Positions 38,008 to 48,028 of a DNA stretch of 52,342 nt are shown one piece after another (positions within the stretch are counted from its first letter, which is position 1; every line of letters begins with the position of its first letter). The translations under genes and the position numbers were made by a program. The stretch covers positions 1 to 52,342 of the forward strand of contig JBFJCP010000030.1 of assembly GCA_041615815.1 (NCBI GenBank). The letters are read 5' to 3'. The notes below the pieces were generated by a model. That model worked only from the letters and a program-made list of their open reading frames with translations, ran no database searches and had not been told where the DNA came from. The DNA is from Gemmatimonadales bacterium (GTDB lineage Bacteria; Gemmatimonadota; Gemmatimonadetes; Gemmatimonadales; GWC2-71-9).

Positions 38008-40649
38008 CTCCCCGGGCCGGCCGGCCGGTCTTCGTCGTCCCGCACACGCACTGGGACCGCGAGTGGTACGAACCAGTCTCGCGGTTTCGCCAACGTCTGG
38101 TGGATGTCGTGGATCACGTGTTGGACGTGTTGGAACAGCCCGAAAGACGTTTTCGATTCTTCCTCGATGGCCAGACGATCCTGGTCGAGGACTACCTCGC
38201 CGTCAGACCCGACGCCCGCTCCCGCATTGCCGGGTTGGTGGCTCAGGGAAAACTGTGCGTGGGTCCCTGGTACGTCTTGTCCGACGAACTGCTGTCGAGT
38301 GACGAGTGTCTCGTGAGAAACTTGCTCGTCGGTGTCAGGGACAGTGAGACCCTCGGTGGCACGACCCCGGTGGGATACAGTCCGGATGCGTTTGGGCACC
38401 CGGCCGCGTTGCCGACGATCCTGCAGGGTTTTGGGATCGAGCACGCCATCCTGTGGCGGGGCTACGGTGGCGAGCCGGGGCAGGAGGGCGATCTGTTTCG
38501 CTGGGTAGGACCGGACGGCAGCGCCGTCCTCACGCACCACCTCCCGCCCGACGGCTACGAGTTCGGTGCCAATCTGCCGGCGGATCCGGAGGCGTTGGCG
38601 AGCCGGTGGCAGCGGATCGTCGACGGCCTCAGCCCACGTGCCGGTGACCGTCCGCTTCTCCTCTTGAACGGCGCCGACCACCACGCACCCCAATCCAGCC
38701 TGGAGGGCGCACTCGAGCTCGTGCGCCGCTTCGATCGCAACCACGATCCCGTGATCGCGCGACCGTCCGATTACTTCGCGGCAGTCAGCGGGGCCAGTAA
38801 TCTCCCCGCGGTGTCCGGGGAGCTCCGGTTTTCCTATCGCTATACGTGGACGCTCCAGGGGGTCCACGCCACCCGAGTGCGCGTGAAAGCGGCGATAGCC
38901 GAGGGTGATCGACTATTGCTCAGGTGGGCGGAGCCGCAAGTGGCGCTTGCCCGCGCCGCCGGCGGCACCGATCGCCGTCCGGCACTGGCGCTGGCGTGGC
39001 GAGATCATCTGCGCGGGCATTTCCACGATACGCTCGCCGGAACCACGAGCGATGCGGTCGCTCGAGACGCCGCCAACCGCGCCGCCGGGGTGGTAGTCCA
39101 GGCTCGAGGCGCGATGGTTGATGCGCTCCATGAGCGACTCGGTCAAGACCGCGCCGTCGCGCGGCGGGCCGAACACCGATGGACACCGACGCTCGTCGTC
39201 GTCAACCCCTCGCCCTTCGAGCGAAGCGGGGTACTGGAAGCGACAATCACGGTGCTCCGGAAACAAGTTGGTGTGGGACCCGGCGCGGCCATCCCAGCTC
39301 ACAAAGAGGATCCACTACCTGCCGCGGCTCCTGGACTCGTGACCGGCAAGGGCGTCCCGATCCCCGTGCAGGTCCTCGGGCAGTATCGCGCCTACGAGCG
39401 CTTGGATAGCCCCAGCGATTATCCGCGGCAGGACGAGGTCCGCGCGTTTCGGGTGGCGTTGGCCGTGGCGAGTGCTCCGCCATTCGGGTGCGCGGCCTAC
39501 ACGGTAACGACGGGCCAGGACTTGGCCCGTCCCGCATCACGCGTGGGAGTCAGTCGTCGTGGGGTGGACTCGGACTGGTGTCGCGTGGAGGCGGACCCGT
39601 CGGGGGCATTCCTCCTCCATCCGAAGCATGGCCCATCTCGACGCGGGCTTTTCCAATTACTGAGTGAGGATGACGAGGGAGATACCTACACCTTTCAACC
39701 CACGGGTCGTGCCCCACACCGAGCGCGATGGCACCCCGCGGTCGTCCGGTGGGACGGCCCGCTGGTGGGTGCCCTGAGCCGACGGTTTACCATCGGTGAC
39801 CGTGTGCGCGGTACGGTCACGGCGAGGCTCGATGCCGGTTCGCGGCTTATTCGATTCGTGATGGAAGGCGTAAACAGGCACGGGCAGCACCGATTGCGTG
39901 CCCTCTTCCCGCTGCCGCCCGGGGTCGTCAGCGAACCGCACGTGGCGGATATGCAATACGGGCCGGTCGTTCGTACGCACTCTGCCGTTGATCGCCAGGC
40001 GTATCCGCGGGAGTGGCCTGTGTGTACCGCACCGATGCATCGCTACGTGAGCGTCCCCGGCGGAATCACCGTTTTCGCGCGGGATCGTTTCGAGTACGAG
40101 ATTGGGGAACGCGGTGCACTCGCCGTCACGCTCCTTCGGGCGGTGGGTGAGTTGTCGCGGGGAGACCTCGCGGCGCGACCCGGGCACGCGGCGTGGCCCG
40201 CGGCAACGCCGGAGGCGAACGAGCGCGGATCGTTTCGGGTCGAGCTCGCACTTGCCCTCGAGACCGGCGGGCCTCGAAGCCCGCCGCGGGATTGGACCGC
40301 GCTCGAGCGCCTCGCCGAGGAATTCCACGCGCCGCTGGCGGGCCTCATGCTCCGCTACGGGATCGATGTCCCGGGAGCGGTGACGGGTCCGGCGCTTACA
40401 GGCCACGGCCTCGCGTTCAAGGCGCTGAAACTGGCCGAGCGTGGCGAGGCTTTGGTGCTACGATGTGTCAACCTCACCGATACGCCCACGGTCGGAGCTT
40501 GGCGCTTCCCGTTTGCGATCAAGCGCGCGCGGCGCGCGCGGCTCGACGAACGTTCCGCGGCCACCCTCGCACTGGAGCAGGATGACCGGGTCGTTCGATT
40601 CACGGCCGCACCTCGGGAAGTGGTGACGATTCTGAGCGAGTGGGAGTAG
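38004..40649 (+). CDS. Glycoside hydrolase family 38 (alpha-mannosidase / MngB-like), cytoplasmic
   Basis: Zn motif HTHWDREW, LDGQ, GPWYV, nucleophile PDAFGH, NGADH, FHDTLAG, TLLRAVG. No signal peptide. Confidence 0.92.
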   Translation: MTPRAGRPVFVVPHTHWDREWYEPVSRFRQRLVDVVDHVLDVLEQPERRFRFFLDGQTILVEDYLAVRPDARSRIAGLVAQGKLCVGPWYVLSDELLSSDECLVRNLLVGVRDSETLGGTTPVGYSPDAFGHPAALPTILQGFGIEHAILWRGYGGEPGQEGDLFRWVGPDGSAVLTHHLPPDGYEFGANLPADPEALASRWQRIVDGLSPRAGDRPLLLLNGADHHAPQSSLEGALELVRRFDRNHDPVIARPSDYFAAVSGASNLPAVSGELRFSYRYTWTLQGVHATRVRVKAAIAEGDRLLLRWAEPQVALARAAGGTDRRPALALAWRDHLRGHFHDTLAGTTSDAVARDAANRAAGVVVQARGAMVDALHERLGQDRAVARRAEHRWTPTLVVVNPSPFERSGVLEATITVLRKQVGVGPGAAIPAHKEDPLPAAAPGLVTGKGVPIPVQVLGQYRAYERLDSPSDYPRQDEVRAFRVALAVASAPPFGCAAYTVTTGQDLARPASRVGVSRRGVDSDWCRVEADPSGAFLLHPKHGPSRRGLFQLLSEDDEGDTYTFQPTGRAPHRARWHPAVVRWDGPLVGALSRRFTIGDRVRGTVTARLDAGSRLIRFVMEGVNRHGQHRLRALFPLPPGVVSEPHVADMQYGPVVRTHSAVDRQAYPREWPVCTAPMHRYVSVPGGITVFARDRFEYEIGERGALAVTLLRAVGELSRGDLAARPGHAAWPAATPEANERGSFRVELALALETGGPRSPPRDWTALERLAEEFHAPLAGLMLRYGIDVPGAVTGPALTGHGLAFKALKLAERGEALVLRCVNLTDTPTVGAWRFPFAIKRARRARLDERSAATLALEQDDRVVRFTAAPREVVTILSEWE

Positions 40650-40800
40650 CGGAAGGGGCGGACGGAGCGGAGAAGAGACCGCCAGGCTTCCGCGACATCA
40701 GCCGAGTCGCGGCTTCAGTCGCGGCATGCTACGCTTGGCCGCCTCCGAATTGCTTCCGAATTCCAAACTTCGATCCTTCCATCGCTCTATCTATCCCCCT
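40649..40800. repeat. Bipartite purine/pyrimidine periodic element (copy D) between convergent genes
   Basis: gcggaaggg|gcggacgga|gcggagaag (9-mers), then cttccgaa|ttccaaac|ttcgatcc|ttccatcg|ctctatct (8-mers). Confidence 0.5.
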
Positions 40801-41662
40801 CCGTGCCGGAGCGGAGTCGTAATGAAGGATCCAGCGCGTCCCGGAGTCCGTCCCCGACCAGATTGCAGCCGATCACTGCCAGCGCCACTGCCAAACCCGG
40901 AAGCGTCGCGATCCACGGGGCATTCACGAGCGCGTCCCGTCCTTCTGCGATCATGTTGCCCCACGAGGGGGCGGGAGCGGGGACACCGAGTCCTAAGAAC
41001 GACAGCCCCGCCTCGAGCATGATGGCGTTGCCCACCGCGAGGGCCGTGGCGACGATGATGGGAGTGAGCGCGTTTGGTGCCAGGTGGCGCAGCAGCAGCC
41101 GCCACTGGCCCACACCCACGGCTCGCGCGGCATCCACAAACGGCCTGCGGAGCATTCCTTTGACCTCCGCGCGCGCGAGGCGAGCGACGCTCATCCAGCC
41201 CGTGAGCCCCAGCACAGCAATGACCAATGCGAGGCTCGACTCCCACAACGTCACGAGGGCCAGCAGCAGCACGATCCTCGGCATTGCGAGCACCGCATCA
41301 GTGACGCCCATCAGCGAGCGCTCGAGCCGTCCCCCGAACAGGGCCGCCGCGAATCCCACTCCGGCGCCGATGAAAACGGACAGCGCCACCGAGAGCAGTC
41401 CCACGACCAGCGAGATTCGCGCGCCGTAGAGCAGCCGGGACAGGACGTCGCGTCCCAATCGATCCGTGCCGAGCCAGTGCATGATGCCGTCGGGCCCTGC
41501 CGTGAGCGGTGGCAGGAAACGGGTTTGCAGCACGTCGGTCTGCGTGAGGGGGTCGGCGGGAGCGATGAGTGGCGCGAGTGCCGCCGCGAGCGCCATGATG
41601 CCGAGCATGAGGAGGCCCACCGCCGTTCGGCGGTCCCGAAGGAGCGGCGGCACCCGACTCAT
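40787..41662 (-). CDS. Opp/Dpp ABC transporter permease (OppC/DppC-like)
   Basis: HWLGTDRLGRD, GARISL, EAGLSFLGLG, PSWG, GDGLRDALDP. ATGA overlap at 41659-41662. Confidence 0.93.
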   Translation of the reverse strand: MSRVPPLLRDRRTAVGLLMLGIMALAAALAPLIAPADPLTQTDVLQTRFLPPLTAGPDGIMHWLGTDRLGRDVLSRLLYGARISLVVGLLSVALSVFIGAGVGFAAALFGGRLERSLMGVTDAVLAMPRIVLLLALVTLWESSLALVIAVLGLTGWMSVARLARAEVKGMLRRPFVDAARAVGVGQWRLLLRHLAPNALTPIIVATALAVGNAIMLEAGLSFLGLGVPAPAPSWGNMIAEGRDALVNAPWIATLPGLAVALAVIGCNLVGDGLRDALDPSLRLRSGTEGDR

Positions 41663-42654
41663 GCGTCCTCCCGTCGAAGGCGTGGATCGGCGAGCCCGTA
41701 GAGGATATCCGCGAGCAGATTGCCCAGGACCACCACGATGGCGAACACCGCTGTGGTGCCCATGACCACGGGGTAATCCCGCGCATTCACCGCAGCGACC
41801 ATGGCCCGTCCCATCCCTGGCCAACCGAAGATCACCTCCACGAAGACCGTGCCGGAGACCAGGGCGGGAAGCGAAAGCCCGAGCAGTGTGATAATCGGAA
41901 GGAGGGCGTTGCGTAGGACGTGAACCGCTTCCACGCGCCACCGGCCCAGCCCTCTCGCGCGGGCGGCGCGCACGAACGGTCCGTTCCGGACCTCGAGCAC
42001 GGCGCCGCGGGCGAACCGCGCCATCCCAGCGGCCCCGATGGCGCCGAGTGTGATCAGGGGCAACACGAGATGCCGAAGCCTGTCCATCAATCGCGGCCAG
42101 GCGGGCAGGAACTCGGCGTCCACGGACGTGACGCCAAAGGCCGGGAAACGGAGCCAGTCCGGCCAGCCCCAGCGGGCGGCGCCGTAGGAGAAGACGAGTA
42201 CCAGGACGAGCGCGAGCCAGTACGAGGGGAGCCCGTACACGAGGAGGGTGCTCACGGTGAGGCCCGTGTCCGGCAGTCGGCGGTGCTGCAGGGCCTGGAA
42301 GGCACCCAGCGTGACGCCGGCCAAGTATGTTATCAACAGCGATGCGCCGGAGAGGACGATCGTGTGCGGCAGCGCGTCGGCGATGACGCGGAGCACCGGC
42401 CGTTGCTGGGCGAGGCTCACCCCCCAGTCGCCCCGCACGAAATCGAGGAGCCAGGTTCCGTATCGAAGGAGTAACGGACGGTCGAGTCCCAATGCGCGGC
42501 GGGCCGCGGCCAGTTCGGCCTCCCCGGCGCCAGGCGGAACCCAGAGCCGGGCCGGGTCGCCCGGGGCGAGATTGATGAGAGCGAACGTGATGGTGATGAC
42601 GGCAAAGACGATCGCGGCGCCCAGCACCATCCGGCGCGTCACATGCCGGAGCAT
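41659..42654 (-). CDS. Opp/Dpp ABC transporter permease (OppB/DppB-like)
   Basis: APGDP, LGLDRP, GDWGVS, ARARGL, HVLRNAL, RDYPVV, ADPR. Confidence 0.93.
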   Translation of the reverse strand: MLRHVTRRMVLGAAIVFAVITITFALINLAPGDPARLWVPPGAGEAELAAARRALGLDRPLLLRYGTWLLDFVRGDWGVSLAQQRPVLRVIADALPHTIVLSGASLLITYLAGVTLGAFQALQHRRLPDTGLTVSTLLVYGLPSYWLALVLVLVFSYGAARWGWPDWLRFPAFGVTSVDAEFLPAWPRLMDRLRHLVLPLITLGAIGAAGMARFARGAVLEVRNGPFVRAARARGLGRWRVEAVHVLRNALLPIITLLGLSLPALVSGTVFVEVIFGWPGMGRAMVAAVNARDYPVVMGTTAVFAIVVVLGNLLADILYGLADPRLRREDA

Positions 42655-44290
42655 GAGCAACAGTCCATTGCCGCGGGGACCTGAGTCAAGAGGAAGGGAA
42701 GGGAGCCGCGGCCGACTCTCTCACCGCTGCCGCCTCTCCTACGTCCTGTTCGCACTCGGCTGCGTGGCGTCTCCCGGTCCCGTGCGCGAGCAGACCGTCC
42801 TCTACGCCTCCGGCGCCGACCTACAGTCCATCAACCCACTCCTCACCGTGCATCCCCTGGCCAAGGCGGTGCAAAAGCATCTGCTGCTGCTGACACTCGC
42901 CACCTACGATACGGCGTTCCGTCCCACGCCGCGGCTGGCCACGTGGCACTGGAGTGCGGACCGCACAGTGCTGACGTTTGCCCTGCGGCGGGACGTGCAG
43001 TGGCACGACGGCACGCCCACTACCGCCGCCGATGTGGAATGGACCCTCCGGATGGCTCGTGACCCGTCCGTGGCATATCCCCGGGCCCGGGATCTGGAGG
43101 GGATCGAGGAAGTGACCGCCCTCGACGACCGAACCGTGCGGGTGCGGTTCGGTCACGCGCAACCTACCTTTCCGGATGTGCTGACCGATCTCGCCATTCT
43201 GCCCGCGCATCATTTCACCGACGTAGCCCCGGCGGCTCTCCGCGCCGCGGAGTTCAACCGCCGGCCGGTTGGGAACGGTCCGTTCGCATTCAGTGACTAC
43301 CGTCCCAACCAACGGTGGGTCTTTCGACGACACGAATCGTTCCCTGTGGACCTGGGGTTTCCCAACCTCGACCGGTTCGTGGTGGTCGTCGTCGACGAAC
43401 CGGCCACCAAGCTCGCCGCGTTGACGGCACGGGAGCTGGACTTTGCCGGAATCGCCCCAGTGCATGCCCGTTTCGTCGCCGAAGATCCGGATCTCCGCGT
43501 GCTCGACTATCCTGTGATGCTGGTGGCGGCGCTGATCTGGAACATGCGGCGACCCCCCTTCGACGAGGAGCACGTCCGCCGGGCTGCGTCCCTGGCCCTC
43601 GATCGACAATTGATCGTTGACGCGTACTTGTACGGTTTCGGACAGGTGGCCGATGGTCCCGTACCGCCTGAACATCCGTGGTTTGAAGCCATGCCGCGCT
43701 TGCCAGCCGACCCGGACGCGGCGCGCGATCTGTTGGAGCGCGCCGGTTGGCGGATGGGGCCCGACGGCATTCGTGTGCGGGGAGAGCGGGCTCTCAGGGT
43801 GGAGCTGCTCACGGTAGGGAGCGGCGACAACGCCCTCGAGCAGATGATCCAGAGTCAGCTCGGCGGTGTGGGGATGGGAGTCCGCATTCGACAGCTGGAG
43901 CTCAGCACCTTTCTGGCGGTGGCGCAGGGCGCAGACCGCGATTTCGATGCTTTGGTCACGCTCGTGCCGGGCGATTTTTCGCTTGGATACGTCGCCGCCA
44001 TGTTCGGTGGCACGGCGGCGGGACCGTTAGCGTATCCCGGATACGGGAACGACGAATTCGATGCGGCCGTGGAGCGGGCCCAGCGCGCCACGTCCTCGGA
44101 GGAGTTGGAACGGGCGTGGCGGGATGCGCAGCGAATTCTCGCTACCGATCATCCCACGACGTGGCTCTATCACGCCCGTGGCTTGCAGGGTGCGACCAAT
44201 CGTCTCGCCAACGTCAAGCTCGATCTGCGCGGGGAGCTCGCGACGGTCGCGGCGTGGGAGTCCCGACGACCCGAAGGGCGGCGCAAATGA
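42653..44290 (+). CDS. Family 5 (Opp/Dpp) ABC substrate-binding lipoprotein; start uncertain
   Basis: Lipobox-like LGC, WHDGTPTTAADV, PVGNGPF, VRRAASLALDR, LLERAGW. The ORF-track extension to 42248 overlaps the divergent permease. Confidence 0.88.
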   Translation: MSNSPLPRGPESRGREGSRGRLSHRCRLSYVLFALGCVASPGPVREQTVLYASGADLQSINPLLTVHPLAKAVQKHLLLLTLATYDTAFRPTPRLATWHWSADRTVLTFALRRDVQWHDGTPTTAADVEWTLRMARDPSVAYPRARDLEGIEEVTALDDRTVRVRFGHAQPTFPDVLTDLAILPAHHFTDVAPAALRAAEFNRRPVGNGPFAFSDYRPNQRWVFRRHESFPVDLGFPNLDRFVVVVVDEPATKLAALTARELDFAGIAPVHARFVAEDPDLRVLDYPVMLVAALIWNMRRPPFDEEHVRRAASLALDRQLIVDAYLYGFGQVADGPVPPEHPWFEAMPRLPADPDAARDLLERAGWRMGPDGIRVRGERALRVELLTVGSGDNALEQMIQSQLGGVGMGVRIRQLELSTFLAVAQGADRDFDALVTLVPGDFSLGYVAAMFGGTAAGPLAYPGYGNDEFDAAVERAQRATSSEELERAWRDAQRILATDHPTTWLYHARGLQGATNRLANVKLDLRGELATVAAWESRRPEGRRK

Positions 44291-45306
44291 CGGTGCACGT
44301 TCGCGCGCCGATGCGAATCGATTTTGCCGGGGGCTGGACCGACGTCGAGACGTTTGCCAGTTCGTCGGGTGGTATCGTGACGAACGCGGCCATCACCCTC
44401 TACGCGCGGGCCGAGTTCCTCGTTGGCGGCAACCGCATTCGACTGCATGCGCAGGATCTGGAGCAACACCTGAGCCTTGCGTCCCCCAGCGAGATCGTCT
44501 ACGACGGCGTGCTCGATCTGCATAAGGCCGCGCTCAACATGCTCCCGGTCACGGGCGGCATCGAGATTCTGACCCGCTCCGATGCGCCCGCCGGCGCCGG
44601 ACTCGGTGGCTCAGGCGCCTTGGACGTGGCACTCCTCTCCGGGCTCGCGCACATTCGGGAGGAAGGGGTCGACGGGGTGGAGCTGGCGGAGCTGGGCTAT
44701 CAGCTCGAAACCAGCGAACTCCATCTCCTGGGGGGGCGACAGGATCAATACGCCGCGGCCCTCGGCGGTTTTCACGAGCTCACCTTCAGTGGCGATGGAG
44801 CTGCGCATCGCCGTCTCGCCGTTTCGCAGGACGCCGCGCGGGACCTCGAGCGGCATCTCGTCCTCGTGTACACGGGGCAATCCCATTTCTCACCGGCCAC
44901 CCACGAGCGGGTGTGGGAAGCCTACGCCGATCGCACGTCTGAAGTCTCGGAGGCACTCGCGGCGATCAAGGATCTGGGCCATCGGGCGGCGGGAGCGATC
45001 ACGGCTGGTGACTGGAAGAGCCTTGCCGCCATCGTGAACGAGAATTGGCGCCAGCAGCAACGGCTCGATTCGACGATCGCGACGACCCACGGGCTTCGGA
45101 TCGAAGCCGCCGTCCGGCGGGCGGGTGCGTTGGGGGTGAAGGCCACGGGGGCCGGTGCTGGTGGCTGTCTGGTCGTACTGTGTCCGCCGGACCAGCGGGA
45201 CGCGGTCATTCACGCAGCCGTGCAAGAAAGCGCCCGCGTGCTCGACTTTGCGTTCGACTTCGATGGGGTGGCGGTCTGGGACGCGGTGGATGCTGGTGAC
45301 ACCTGA
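44287..45306 (+). CDS. GHMP-family sugar kinase (HddA/fucokinase-like)
   Basis: APMRIDFAGGWTD, PAGAGLGGSG, GRQDQY, KATGAGAGG. ATGA coupling to the SBP gene. Confidence 0.9.
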   Translation: MTVHVRAPMRIDFAGGWTDVETFASSSGGIVTNAAITLYARAEFLVGGNRIRLHAQDLEQHLSLASPSEIVYDGVLDLHKAALNMLPVTGGIEILTRSDAPAGAGLGGSGALDVALLSGLAHIREEGVDGVELAELGYQLETSELHLLGGRQDQYAAALGGFHELTFSGDGAAHRRLAVSQDAARDLERHLVLVYTGQSHFSPATHERVWEAYADRTSEVSEALAAIKDLGHRAAGAITAGDWKSLAAIVNENWRQQQRLDSTIATTHGLRIEAAVRRAGALGVKATGAGAGGCLVVLCPPDQRDAVIHAAVQESARVLDFAFDFDGVAVWDAVDAGDT

Positions 45307-48028
45307 GGACCTGGCGGTTCGGCGAACAGACCTGGAGCGATCGTCGGAGCTGCGTGTCCTCGCCCGCCGCCTCCGCGCGTTCGTCGAGCCCTTGCTCGAG
45401 CAATCCATCTACCTGCCCACCGAAAAGGCCGAGCTTTCGCGTGACGGCGGACGATGTCCGAAGGACGGGACCCGACTGACCTTCGATCCCTCGAGCCCCC
45501 ACCGGCACCGCTGTGCCGCCTGCGGTGGTGTCTACCAGGGCGAGCAGCATGACCGGACGTGGATCTGGCCGTATCAGCTCTGGCTCTCGGAGCGCGCCAT
45601 CCATCTGGCATTGCTGGGCCGGTTGCTGGACGAGGAGCCGCTCGTCGGGCGCGCAGGCGAGATTCTCGAGGAATACGCGCGGCGTTACCACGACTTCCCC
45701 AATCAAGACAACGTGCTCGGGCCAACCCGGCTGTTCTTCTCGACGTATCTGGAATCGATCTGGCTCGTGCAAGTCACCATTGCCGCATCGTTGGTCTCTG
45801 CCCACACGAACGGTCCCGTACGGCGCATGATCGAGGAGTCCGTTGCGCTCGTGGCGTCGTTCGACGAGGGCTTGTCGAACCGGCAAGTATGGAATAGCAC
45901 GGCGATCGTGACGGCCGGTCATTGGCTCGCCGATGCGGAGCTGGTGGCAAGAGGTCTCGATGGGCCGTCCGGTTTGACCGTACTGCTCGCGCGCGGTGTC
46001 ACCGGCGACGGACTCTGGTGGGAAGGTGAGAACTACCACTTCTTTGCGCTCCGCGGCTTTCTGCTGGCAGCCGAGGTGCTCCGCGCCGCCGGCGTCGACT
46101 GGTACGGCGGCGAAGCACGAAGGACCCTTGCCGCCATGTTCGACGCGCCGCTCGAGACATTGCTTCCGGACCTAACGCTGCCGTCGCGGGGAAACGCGCC
46201 CTACGGCGTGTCGATTCGCCAGCCGCGCTTCGCCGAGCTGTGGGAGCTGGGATGGGCACGCACGGGCTCGCGGCGGTCGGAAAGCCTCCTCGCCACGCTC
46301 TATGACACCGCGGATTCCGATGCGCCTCCGGGAGACGATCCGGGGTTCGCCGAGATCGCCGAACAGGAGATCAATCGGCCACCGGGGCCCGTGGCCCGTG
46401 CCATGTTGGGGTGGAAGGCCCTGCTCTGGATGCGACCGGAACCGCCGGCCGCTCCCCGAGGGGCTTGGCAGGGTGGCGCTCGCCTCCTTCCCACGGCCGG
46501 CGTTGCCGTCCTCAGACCGTCCGCCGGGCACTACGTGTCCATCGAGTGCGGTCGACGAACCGGCGGTCACGGTCATCCGGACCTGCTCCACGTCACCGTG
46601 TTTTGGGATGGGCCGTTCTTGATGGATCCGGGAACCGGTTCGTACGTCTCGCCGCAACTTCACTGGTACCGGTCCACGCTTGCACACAACGCGCCCGGGC
46701 TCGCCGGGGTCGGTCAGCAGTCCCGGTGGGGGTGGTGTGCCGCGTTCGACCAGATCGAGACCTGGGGTTGGTGCCGCGCGGTCGCCGCCGAATTGCTGGG
46801 GCCGCACACGCGCGTCCAACGCACCGTCGTTGTTGGTCCTGCGTTCGTGCTCGACGTGCTCGAGGTGGCCTGCCCGCGGGAGGTCGTCGTGGATCTCGGA
46901 ATCCACCCGCTCCCCCGCATGGATGTCCCGGACCGGCCGGCTCGGGCCGCAGAGCTCCGCTCCGCTCCTGGATCCGGTCATGAACATGGCTACGATGCTT
47001 TGGCCCACGTCGCTGTCCTCGAGCCGAACGGAGATGTGGTGCTCGGTGCCGACGGTCGCGTTGTGCGGCTCGTGCCTCGGGTTGGCGAGACCCTCTTCAT
47101 GGCGGAGGCCCCGGGGCCGTCCGACCCGCGATTCCGAGAGGGTGACGTGGTGCCATTCGTGGTCCGGCGCGCATCGGGCCCGGGAGTGTGGATCCAGACC
47201 TACGCCCGAGCGGGAGTCGTTTCCCGGGTCACCCAGGCGGCAGCCATCGAGGTCGAAGCTGCCGATGGTGGTGTCGACCGAGTGACGCTCGAACCCGACG
47301 CGTGCGTCGTGACGGACAGCGGCGGGCGGGAATGGCGTCTCGGGGGGACGATGGAGCCGCCGCACCGTGCCAGCGCGGGCGCGTCACCCCCACCGCCGTT
47401 GGTGGTGCCGTGTCCCCGGCTGGATGCGATGCCTCGGGTGGAATCGTGGAGGCAGCAGGTGCCCGCGACCGCCATCCAGACGCTTGGAGCGACGCACTAC
47501 CGTCGCGCCGAACGCGCATACCAAGACGCGATTCCGTTTGCCGCTGCGGTGGCGATCTTCACCGTGGATGACCGGGTCGGATTCGCGGCCGATGTCACGA
47601 AGCCGTCGCTGTGCTTTCGCGCACCCGACGCGCCGGACCCCCACTTGGACAACGAGATTCCGGACATTCACTCTGACGGGATCCAGTGTTATCTGGGGGT
47701 GGATGGATGGCAAGGGTACGTGGTGATTCCCGTCGTGGGCTCGAGCGCCGTGCGAGCACTTTCAGTGCGTGGCACCGCCGGAGACGCCGCCCGGGTACAC
47801 GGTACCTGGTGCCAAACGCCCACCGGCTACGCTCTCGTGGTCACTGTGAGGACCAGTGGTGCTCCGGTGACCGGGACCCGATTCCGCGTCAACCTGATCG
47901 TGAACGAGATGTACGGGCACCGAAGCCGTCGCGCCGGGCAGCTCGCGCTCGCTGGTGGAGGGGGGTACGTGTACCTCCGCGGCGACCGGGAGTCGCCGTG
48001 GACGGCCGCTGTGGCGGAGGTGTCGTGA
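45290..48028 (+). CDS. Heparinase II/III-family polysaccharide-lyase-like protein with N-terminal Cys-rich knuckle and C-terminal CBM9/DOMON-like domain
   Basis: CPKDG..CAAC, WWEGENYH, GHGHPD, DPGTGSY, STLAHN, C-terminal DIHSDGIQCYL. No signal peptide. Confidence 0.8.
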   Translation: MLVTPEDLAVRRTDLERSSELRVLARRLRAFVEPLLEQSIYLPTEKAELSRDGGRCPKDGTRLTFDPSSPHRHRCAACGGVYQGEQHDRTWIWPYQLWLSERAIHLALLGRLLDEEPLVGRAGEILEEYARRYHDFPNQDNVLGPTRLFFSTYLESIWLVQVTIAASLVSAHTNGPVRRMIEESVALVASFDEGLSNRQVWNSTAIVTAGHWLADAELVARGLDGPSGLTVLLARGVTGDGLWWEGENYHFFALRGFLLAAEVLRAAGVDWYGGEARRTLAAMFDAPLETLLPDLTLPSRGNAPYGVSIRQPRFAELWELGWARTGSRRSESLLATLYDTADSDAPPGDDPGFAEIAEQEINRPPGPVARAMLGWKALLWMRPEPPAAPRGAWQGGARLLPTAGVAVLRPSAGHYVSIECGRRTGGHGHPDLLHVTVFWDGPFLMDPGTGSYVSPQLHWYRSTLAHNAPGLAGVGQQSRWGWCAAFDQIETWGWCRAVAAELLGPHTRVQRTVVVGPAFVLDVLEVACPREVVVDLGIHPLPRMDVPDRPARAAELRSAPGSGHEHGYDALAHVAVLEPNGDVVLGADGRVVRLVPRVGETLFMAEAPGPSDPRFREGDVVPFVVRRASGPGVWIQTYARAGVVSRVTQAAAIEVEAADGGVDRVTLEPDACVVTDSGGREWRLGGTMEPPHRASAGASPPPPLVVPCPRLDAMPRVESWRQQVPATAIQTLGATHYRRAERAYQDAIPFAAAVAIFTVDDRVGFAADVTKPSLCFRAPDAPDPHLDNEIPDIHSDGIQCYLGVDGWQGYVVIPVVGSSAVRALSVRGTAGDAARVHGTWCQTPTGYALVVTVRTSGAPVTGTRFRVNLIVNEMYGHRSRRAGQLALAGGGGYVYLRGDRESPWTAAVAEVS

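Noticed and set aside
44287..45306. Calling the kinase hddA in a heptose biosynthesis cluster
   Set aside because: No gmhA, gmhB or nucleotidyltransferase in the window; the substrate cannot be determined.
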